Assembly (NCBI GenBank): GCA_043228905.1
Contig: JBHGNT010000695.1
Span: 1 to 17,449, forward strand
Length of the DNA: 17,449 bases
Direction of reading: 5' to 3'
Source of the DNA: Azolla caroliniana
Taxonomy: Eukaryota > Plantae > Polypodiophyta
Every line of letters begins with the position of its first letter. Within the stretch, counting starts at the first letter, position 1. Shown one piece after another: positions 1 to 9,900 of this stretch. Both the position numbers and the translations under genes were made by a program. The notes beneath the pieces are model-generated. The model was not told the DNA's origin and made no database searches. It saw nothing but the letters and a program-made list of their open reading frames with translations.

Positions 1-555
1 GAAGAGTACCACATCATCTACATATAGAAGCAATACGATAACATGTTGCATCAATTTGGGGGCATTCAATCCTTCTTCTCTTAGAACCTTATTAACTACT
101 TCTAATATATCAATACATAAGCCAAAGAGTGTGGGTGATAGTGAACATCCTTGCTTGAGCCCCATGTTACTTAAAAAGTTCTTTGAGAATCCACTATTAA
201 TTTTTGGTTGGCATTTAACTTGTTCATATAGGCATGCAACAACAACTCGATACTCTAATGGCATGTCAATTTCTATCATTCTATTCCAAAGCTCACTTCG
301 TGGTACGATATCAAAAACTTTCTTGAAATCAACAAAACAACAATAAAGTGTTTTTCCTTGTAGTTGACTCTCTTCCATGATTACTCTCAATGTGACTAAA
401 TGATCCACAGTGGAGTGTTTGGGTTTAAATCCTGCTTGCCCAAGTGCTCTTTTGCTCGTACTTTCAGCCCATGTACTTATCTTTTGCTCCATAATAGTGC
501 TATATAATTTAGCAATAGTTGAGCTCACCATTATTGTACGATAATTTGATACTTG
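1..555 (-). pseudogene. LINE ORF2 reverse-transcriptase fragment (open frame running off the window; absent from the ORF track)
   Basis: QVSNYRTIMVSSTIAKLYSTIMEQK...GQAGFKPKHSTVDHLVTLRVIME...LYCCFVDFKKVFDIVPR...MGLKQGCSLSPTLFG...LLLYVDDVVLF, with YVDD at 24-13. It is frameshifted relative to the upstream 509..1129 ORF. Confidence 0.93.
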
Positions 556-1289
556 ATTTAATCCAATTCAAAAGCCAATCATTTGGAAAACCTTGTTTTA
601 TAGCTTCCTCTATAATTGTCGTTATCCAATGCCGAGTATGTGGCATTGTCCATTTTAAAAGCTCACTTGAGACATAGGTTGCATCTGTTGCTTTCCCACT
701 CACCACCTTTATTCCCTTATTGACATCATCAATATCGATACATGTAGTGCATGGTGTTTCAATTTTCTCAACCATAGGAGCCACACATTCATGCATATAT
801 TGCCTTTGTACATAGTCTAACATCTCTTCATTTGTAAAGTGACCTTGAGCATCTTCTTGTCCCCATGCTAAATTTGGTTTGAGCTTAAACAAATTTTTCT
901 TTTTCATCTCTTGCATTTGGAAATATCTTCTTTTCTTTCGCTTCACTACTTTCTTATATAGGTGCCATGCAACGATCTTTTCATTTTCCCCTTCTATGGA
1001 CTTATACCATTTGAGATATATCTTACATTCATCGTCGAACCAAGAATTACATGGAAAACTACGAATCTTATGCCCACCCACATGCCTCTTAAAGTATTGA
1101 TATCTAATCTTAAGCATGATATCCTTCAAATGTTGTCAATTTTCTTGAACATCGTTGCTTAGAGAAAAATTTAACAAATGGTTCTCCACTTCATTTGCAT
1201 ACATCTTAACTTTTTTGCAGCAAGGTTGAATGATACATATCTTTTCGTCTTTCACTCCAGGGCATCTATTGGTGAAATGTGGAATTGCA

Positions 1290-2070
1290 AGCTCTAAGTA
1301 CAATGGCTTGTGGTCTGAGTCTGAAGATAGAGAACCAACTTTAAACACATTCACCAATGATAGATCACATGCCAACATTAATGCGTCATCAACCACACTT
1401 CCTCCACTTGAGGATGGTAAACATGTGAGCACATTTGTCAATGAGAGTGCATTTATACCATTTAGGATAATCAAGTTTGTGCAATTTAGCATATGTAAAT
1501 CAAAAGTTTTCCATAATCTGACATGACATAATCCTCTTAGTCAGCAATAAACAATGTTCTACTACATTTTCTTCAAATGTCACCACATTTTGAAAATTTC
1601 CAACTCTTGCATTGAAGTCTCCCATAATTAAAACTTTACCAAGCTTCTCAAATGAAAGTATATCATGGCATAACTCAGTAAAAGGATCGTCACAATCTAA
1701 CCCAAACTCACTATATTAGTTTTGAGTCTTTGTGAGGAATGTAACATGCAACTATATAGAGCTTCTCTTTCCCCAAATTATAACCTTTATCCATATGTAT
1801 CTCTTATAGTCATCATATTTGCATACTTTGATACAATTATCTAAGCTCTCATGGTAAATACATGCTATCCCAACACGCCCAATATTCCCTTTGGAGTGAG
1901 GCCATATCAATTTTATGAGATAACCATCTATCTTAGGTATACGTTTTGCCTCATGCTCCCATGTTTCAGCCAAAAATATAATATTCATACCTTGAGCTAA
2001 ATCATTGTCCTAAACCCTTTTTCCATGGATATCCTCTACAATTCCAAAACGTTACTTTCAATCTTGAAGA
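1290..2070 (-). pseudogene. LINE ORF2 AP-endonuclease domain remnant
   Basis: LKVTFWNCRG (~2060-2032), IIFLAETWEH, IMGDFNARVG (~1628-1599), GGSVVD and SDSDHKP motifs, spread over several frames. Confidence 0.9.
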
Positions 2071-2097
2071 ACTTTTAGTTCCATAGGTCGTTGCTTG

Positions 2098-2674
2098 CTA
2101 TGCATTTTGATTTGCTTTCCTAGGTGCATATGCTTGCCTTCTACATTCTTGCTCTTGTGGAATTCTATCCTCCGTTACAAAAAAACTTGTCCCTTTAAGT
2201 ACACCTTACTACTATATAGAATCATAACCCTTTTACATTCATGTAAGATTGTACAAAGAATAGCTCGACATGACTCTCTCTCTAGTTGCTTTTTGCCAAC
2301 CCTATGTGCGGCATATACAATAACATCTCATATAGCAATGTGATCTTCAAAGAGTTTCATAATATTCTCTCCAAGAAATAAAGCATTCTCTTTTTCATTC
2401 TCTTATATACCTCTAATGACAATATTATTCTTTCTTCTTTCGATTTCATATTGCTCGCATCTAACACATCCATGGTATTAGAATGCTTTTTCATGATTTT
2501 TGGGGTTTCTTTCAAGAGAACATATTTTCACCTTATCATGATCACATCTTCCTTCCCTTCAATTGTAGATTTTATTTCAACATTTGCCTTCACTAAAATC
2601 TCTTTTTTTGCTTCAAAACATTTTTCTTTCTATTTCAAGCATCCAATTATTTTGCTGCGGACGAAAATGCTCAT
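2098..2674 (-). pseudogene. LINE ORF1 remnant (Lys/Glu-rich N-terminal part plus L1-type RRM/CTD-like region)
   Basis: EIERRKNNIVIRGI*ENEKEN (RRKNNIVIRGI at 2438-2406), AAHRVGKK (AHRVG at 2309-2295), YLKG..FFVTED; ends at TAG 2100-2098. The start position is uncertain. Confidence 0.75.
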
Positions 2675-2787
2675 AACTTCTCACCACGGCAATAGAATTC
2701 AGCAAATAAACATTATTAAAAAACTCTCCAAAGAGCTTTCTAATGAGCTATAGAACGCAGAAAACAGTGGTGTGAGAGAAACGGGAG

Positions 2788-2792
<5 letters not shown>

Positions 2793-2836
<44 letters not shown>
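2793..2836. repeat. (AG)22 microsatellite at the LINE 5' boundary
   Basis: 44 bp of perfect AG repeat read directly. Confidence 0.97.
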
Positions 2837-2840
<4 letters not shown>

Positions 2841-3293
2841 ACGTCTTCTAAGACCATAATTGGCCCATGAGACAATTGGTTTACAACAAAATGGGATGTT
2901 TACCCAATCATCGAAAATAAAAAGAGCAAATTATCGAATTAATTTTCTATTATTCTTGAAAATATGAGTGAATGTCTCTCCCCTCAGGAGAGGTTCGTAT
3001 GTAATACATTGGCAGAGTTATGCATGTTTGTGGAGTGGGCAGCGCCCCATATGCAATCCATGTGGCATCCAATTATCTGGAGAATATCCTGCCACATTCT
3101 ACAAAGATGGAAAAAATATGAAAAAATTTGTTACAATTTAAAGACATCTACCTTAGTGGTAAGAACTATGTGAGGGCCCCCCCTCCCGCCAATAAGGAGG
3201 TAACTAGTTCGATTCTTTACAATATTTTTACAAGTACCTGTCAAATGGTCTTTTATGGTCATACATTATGTTGACAACTGCTGGCTGTATTGT

Positions 3294-3971
3294 TCAGTCA
3301 CTTTCATCATATGAATCGGAACATGAATCCGAATCGGAGTTGGATCCCGAGCCTGAATCTGAATCCAAATCTGAATGGGGTCTGTCATATCTTGTACCTT
3401 TGCTGAAATCTTGTTTATATTCATGTTTTTGCACTCGTTCTTCATCCCCGTTCTCTATATCTTCTTCCATGGAGTCTGTATCAGGTTGTTCCTCATTGAC
3501 AATAGTTTGCCCCTTTGCTTGATCGAGTTCTTCCAAGGGAGCATCATCTTCCTCTTTCTCTTCCCCTTCCTCATCATACTCATCCTCAATAAGAACTTCC
3601 TCGTCTTCCTCTTCAGCTCCACTTGTATTTTCTTCTTCTTCGTTATCATAGTGCATTTGACCATTAGTTTGATTGATTGTACCATTATCTCGAAAATTCT
3701 CCCACTCATTTGTTCCTTTTTTCAAGCTCAGTTCCTCATTACATGGAGTGGAGTGCTTATACTCCGCAGTAGGATTAAATTCTTTATCCTGTGCCGGTTT
3801 CTCATACCTGCTTCTCGAGACCTTAATTACCAAAGATGGACGAGATACTTCAGAAATATGATCTCTCTCTTTCTTATCCTTTGTGACAGGATCTTTGTGC
3901 ACATCACTCCCTCCCTCAATTGTAGCAGCATCAAGGTTCAAAACTTTTTTTGAAGAGGCCAAACCAGATGC
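3294..3971 (-). CDS. RLT1: RLT exon 18 (acidic, Ser/Asp-rich C-terminus; stop)
   Basis: ttag|ASGLASSKKV...EEEDEEVLIEDEYDEEGEE...DSCSDSYDESD*; in frame with ORF 3294..3962. Confidence 0.88.
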   Translation of the reverse strand, partial: ASGLASSKKVLNLDAATIEGGSDVHKDPVTKDKKERDHISEVSRPSLVIKVSRSRYEKPAQDKEFNPTAEYKHSTPCNEELSLKKGTNEWENFRDNGTINQTNGQMHYDNEEEENTSGAEEEDEEVLIEDEYDEEGEEKEEDDAPLEELDQAKGQTIVNEEQPDTDSMEEDIENGDEERVQKHEYKQDFSKGTRYDRPHSDLDSDSGSGSNSDSDSCSDSYDESD

Positions 3972-6900
3972 CTAAAAAACCAAAATAAGAAACATCATAA
4001 GAAAAATGTGTTCATGAGATACATGCAAAAAAAAAAATTGTTCCTTTCTTCAGACACAAGCCTTACCTTTTGATTTGTGTCTATCTGACCACTCGAGTGT
4101 TGTTTTTTCTGTTCAACATCATAAAAGAGGGCAGCATCAAATGTTTGAAGCCGGAGAGCTACAGCTGCGGTTGTCCGAGGAACCCAAGGAAGAACATTTG
4201 ATCCATCTCGAACATCCAACGAAGTATCCTCTAAGAGCTCTTTTGTAGTTCCGAACGAAGAAGACAACCAATCTCTTTTAGTTGCCCCTTCTAACTCAGT
4301 CAATAGCTATTCATCGCATACATAGGTATGCAGTTAATGACTCAGAATTGAAAAGCATATTTCATAAAGAAATTCCAAGATAAGATTTCAAACACTAAAC
4401 ACCTGAAGTAGTTCTGAGGGAGATGATGCATGCTTCAATGAAACCCCCCATGCCTTCCGTTGAGATCCTGTCCATGATGAATTAATTGCCTCCATAGGAA
4501 TAGCAGCCTATAACAATATAAGTTTCAGTAAATTTAAATTGCAACATTAGAAGACATTTAAATTTGGTACAACCAAATCACAAGGAGCTCCAGGTTTTGA
4601 TTAAGTTGAGGCTTTATCATAAAAACTATTTTAGATCATAGTATGATCTCACATAAAAAAAACAAAACATCATAAAGAGCACCAACCTCAATGGAAAGGA
4701 TCTGAGCCTTCAAAACCTGAACTCTGGGTGGAAGCAACTTAACTGAACTAGTCATCCCTCGTTTCTTTTCGTGCTCATTCACATTAATTCTGGACTTGGC
4801 ATTCAATTTCTCTGCATTTTCAAAGGCTGTATGACAACATGAACACTGTTTTTCCTGAGGCCAATAGAAATCATGGCACATTTCACATAATGCAAGAAGT
4901 TCAGAACTTCTCTTTGCGATCCTCATAGCAATGAGGTCAGAAAATTCGGGTGTCTGCATACTCCAAATCCACTTTTCAAATTCTTTATACCGCTCAAACA
5001 CATCATTTCTTTCAGTTTGAATATTTCCATTCTGAATCTGTATCGATCCTCTACATTTGAAGCTCCCGCTGTCTTGAAATACAGTGCCACTTTCTGAGCT
5101 GCCATCTTCTGATGTATAACCGGCAACATTTGTTGAAGCAAGCCCATTATTGGAGCTCATAATTTTGCCTTCTTTGAAAAGTAATCTCTGGCTACAAATA
5201 GAAAGTTTATTCATTCCTTGCCTGATCAGATTTTCTAACTTCTGTAAAACTCCATGAAGGTGAGCTTCACGAACTCCTCGAGTGTCCAAACTTTCCATTA
5301 AAGCGCTGAAAGCCTGCTTAATAATCATTCTTTAAGCAACACTACAATAAACCAGATTATTGCATTTCATGTAGATTTATCAGCAAAAACTGAAAAACCA
5401 ACACCTTATATGCATGGCACAATGTGATGAACTACCTCTTATTTGCAAATGTAACGAATGATAATTTGTAGGAATGCTAAAACAAGCAGCATATTTCCCA
5501 TTTATTAGCAAAATGTTACAAACGAGTTAATTTTCATGATAAAAAGAAACACTATTTTGACATTATTTTTCATGATAAAAAGGAATACAGTTATTTTACA
5601 AAATCTCCATTTTTTATTAGTACAGATGCAATTAATTTTTCATCCTATAATGTAAGTTTTAAAATAACTTTTCAAAACTAGCAAGAAATGCACTCCAACA
5701 GCCAACACACATGTACCTCTGCAGTATCAATTACTTCCCAGTGGCCATCCTCAGATGATTCAAAATACACTCTCCCACAACCAGGATCTTCAGCAATATA
5801 AGCAGTTATGAATTGCCAATAGCGATTGTGTCGCCGATCCATACCAAGGGGCTGAGATCTAAAGACATATAGTTCATCAGCTCGGAAATCAATATCAACT
5901 TTAAGCTGTGCTCGGGTTTTCTCGGAGCTAGCACCCGATATACCCATCACTGAAGCATCTTGGTGACTGGGTAGCCCTGATTCTTTATCAAGATGGGGAT
6001 TATGTTTTGTACCACCTACAGAGGCAGTTTCTAAGGACTTAACATCTCCATCACATGGACCCATACGGGAGCCTTCTGCAGCTTGAACTTTTGAGACCTG
6101 TTCTTCTTTAGAACGCCGTTTATCTTGTTGTGCTTCAGCCCACATTTGCCTCTTAAGAGCAGTAGCAGCTTCCATGCGATCCTGTGCAAAGTAGGTTGAC
6201 ATCATCACTACTTGAAGACTCCATAAAAAAGGATTATGCATTTTCTACCTACTTGGAAATTACAAATATACTTGAAAAGTAGAAAAGGAATATTCATCAA
6301 CAAGACACTAAAAATACCTCTAGTTTTCAGATATTTACCAGGATACCCAATGTAATTGTAAGTTGTGTGTTACAGAGGGTAATCTTGTTAAATATAAAGA
6401 AATCTAGGGGTATTTTTTGTATTTTCCCATTGTTCTATCTACTTGAAACTAAAACATATGCATTTTTTTACATACCTACTTGAAATCATAAAGATATGCA
6501 TGTTTTTATATTTCTATTTGAGAACTACAAAAAGGAATACACATGATTTTGATATATGCAAAAGCATATAATCATCACCTCCAAAGCCACACGAATAGTA
6601 TTTCCTTCGTTCACAGCTTCAACTAATGCTACTAATGCATTCAATCGCTCTTCAACACTAAGTTCAGAATACTCCCCTTCCATCAAGCCTTGCACCCATG
6701 GCTCACCCGCATGGCTTTCATCTATTTCTGTGTCTACATTAGAATCAACATCTTTTTCTAGATGCAAACTTGTTGCTCTTCCATCTACTAATGCATTAGT
6801 AGATATCAAACTCGGCAATGAGGCATGTTTTCCTTTATCATCATACATCTGAACACTTTCTAAACCTTTGTCCACAAGTTCTGGTTTCTTCACTTTTGAT

Positions 6901-9900
6901 ATAGGGTCACCAGGTGTTCCTTCAGTTTCAATGACTTTCCCTTGCTTTAGAGAACATGGAACTTTGCCTCGATCTGCATTGTCAACATCCATACCATCTG
7001 ACTCATCATCAGAAACTTGTTCTCTGTCTACCTCATCGATGCCTTCCATGTCTTTCTCAACATCATAAGTATCAGAGATTGGCCCACTCTGGAATAACCT
7101 TGTCCTTTCCACTGCTGCTTGTAGCAGCCGTTCGGCATCCTCTGGATTTTTCCGGAATTGAGACTTCACACAGTACGTTGAAGGTGCTACCCTTTCAAAG
7201 AAAATTGTGTCTCTTGACAATGCAGCCGTAATGGAGGATTCAGGAGTCTTGGTTGTTGAAAGGTCGCGCAAACCGTATTTCTAGAGAAAACACAGATTGT
7301 GTATCAGGTTGATTTCAGATTTCTATAATGACTTGGTGTCTTTGGATACATATACACATACATGCAAATACACGTGTAGACATGCATATTAATTTTTATA
7401 CACATCAGAAGGCCAAATCAACATTTTGAGCATACGGATAAATATAAGACAAAAAGCTATCCCCCAAATAAAGCATAAAAAAGAAAAATAAGACAAAATG
7501 AATTGTAGTATATAAACAAAAGTCAGTTAAAATGGAAGCACACACCCGAACAGGAAAAACATTATGGCAAGTTCGACGGCAATTTCATTATGCATAGCGT
7601 GCACAGGACTATATCACCACTACTCTTATGTCATTGTGCATCAAAAAAGATTAAAATTATCATTAAGTGCATGGCAATCCCATCGTGCATAATGTGCACA
7701 GGAATATATTGCCACCGCTCTCATGTTATGGATACCGAATCACATGTGCATGTATAGTCTTACAAGATAAACAGCTTTGACAAGCATTCAAGATATCACA
7801 TAGGCTATTGTGGAAGGCTAACAAAACCAAGGAAAAAAACAGGAAGAAGGTAGCTATGGGGCAAGAACTGAGAATACCTCAATACGGTCAGCTATCTCTG
7901 TAATCGGAAGGCCACTTGGTCCTTCAACTGAGAGTACATGAAATGCGGCATATTTTACTGTACCAGGTGTCAATCGGTATCCGCATTTACGAGAATTTGA
8001 CCCAACCTTTGCTTTGCTTACAGATCTCATATTTTGCTCAGCACCATGTCCCTTTAGAAGCGAAAAAAAACCACCTAAGCATTTGATCCAGCTAACATCA
8101 ACAAAAAAAGAACTTAGCATTACGCAGTTTAGAAAGAACCTTCTGATGGGCATGAAGACCATCATCAACAATGGGTACATTAATAACTTCAGCCTGTTGT
8201 TTCCAAATGGGGCCATATCCAGCGGCTAGAGAGAACTGCCTGAGAATTTCAGGCCAAGTTAAAGGGTTAAGATACCGGCTCCATTCTCTATAATCAAATC
8301 CCCATGCTAACGCCTGGGAATACCAAAAAATAAAGATAGGTCAAGAAGAGGATTAGTCATTGATATGAATAATTGAAGTGTAAGATTTCTCTCCAACTGA
8401 TTGTACTTACGGATTCCACAAGTTGTGAATGCCCGCCTCCAATAGTTGATGGTGCTGTGTATTGATTCACAGCACCCCCGTATGCAGAAACTTTCCCAAC
8501 ATCTTCTATATCTCTTAACATAGTTCTAATGAGTGAAATATGTATCTCTGCAAGTAGTCTAGGATCCTGAATAACATATCAAAGATAAGGAACACCAAAT
8601 TGTATTCAATGTATATATAGAAGCCACACACTAGATATGAGGATCTCACATAGTCATGGAATGCTTGTACAAATTCATCAAGGGTAAAGGGCCAGAGGCC
8701 CAGAACATCTGCAAACGCTATCAAGAACTTCCATACCTGTAAACAGTAACACATCAAACAATAACTTAGGAGAAGAGTAACAAAAAGTATTATTTTCAGC
8801 TACATGGATCTCAACATGTAAACAGTACTCCTGATTACAGGCCCACAATGCATACCATGAAAAGGTTCCCAAGATTCTGCTGAGAGTCAATCCATGGGCT
8901 GATTCCAAGCGGATTCTTCATCTTCACAGATGGAGGTGGGAACTTCTTTAAAGACTCTGCAAGAGATTCAACATGCCAAAAAAACATGTCTATTTAAAGT
9001 ATGTAGGTAGAGCAATAAATTAATTAGCACAGAACAACTGATTCCATAAAATAATCTGTAAACATGAAGGGAAAATACGTTCATAACCAAGCGTTCTCAT
9101 TCATACCTTTGTATCTATCCAATCCCTTTAATGTATCTCCATCTAAGAGATATATAGAGGGAAGTCCATGTGATGTTGCAGCAGCTTCTAAGAGTTCAAG
9201 GCGTTCATCATCAATAAGTTCCACACATTCTCGAGCTAATCTGCGAGCGGTTGCTCTTTCAATGGCAGCCTTGAGCCTAGTAGCTTCTTTAACCTTCCTT
9301 GCCTCCTCTTTCTCTCGTTCTCTCTCTAGCTGAATGAGGACCAAATAGTGTCACAAATAAGAAAATTCAACCTAGCATTCACACTTGACATAATGTGTTA
9401 TGAGCAAACACATAACTGAACAATTAGGAGTTAAGTTATCAAAGCTAAAGTTTGTCCATTAGCTATGGTTATGGCTACACAGTTGGTCCATTAACCATGG
9501 ATGGTTATGCTTCGGCTGTAGCCTTAATTAACTCCTACTTGATTGTGTGTTCGTACATAACAGACTGGCCAGTTTAAAGGCTATATATCATATGATTTAA
9601 GTATATACCCTTTGAGCTTCCTTTTGTACAAGTCGTTCCTGACGCTCCATTTCTCTCTTTACTTCTCGTTGAACTCTCTCATCTTCACGTAGCCTTTCAC
9701 GTTGTATACGCTCATCTTCTCTCTGCTTTTCTCTCATTATTCTCTCAGTTTCTTTCTCTCTGTCCTTTTGTAATTGCTCTCCCCTCTGTTTCAGTCAAAA
9801 CAAACATATTTATGATGAGGCAGCATCCTCTCTCATATGTAATTTTTCAAATAATCAAAACTTGAACCAGAAATCCACACTCTAGATGTACACTGACCTT

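Larger units (their letters stand above)
1..2792 (-). mobile_element. Degenerate LINE (non-LTR retrotransposon), probably RTE-X/L2-like rather than canonical angiosperm L1; 5' end near 2792, 3' part runs off the window
   Basis: Minus-strand translation gives, in order, an ORF1-type RRM region (RRKNNIVIRGI, AHRVG), an AP endonuclease (FWNCRG, LAETW, MGDFNARVG, SVVD, SDHKP) and an RT (NYRTIM, QAGFKPKHST, FVDFKKVFD, GLKQGCSLSP, LLYVDD). Multiple stops and frameshifts are present. Clade assignment is from remembered motif style, not a search. Confidence 0.93.

Noticed and set aside
56-2753. Plus-strand ORFs over the left end
   Set aside because: Antisense to the LINE; the recognisable motifs are all on the minus strand.
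3268-3953. Plus-strand ORFs, including the hydrophobic 192-aa one
   Set aside because: Antisense shadows of the GAA/GAT-rich last RLT exon.
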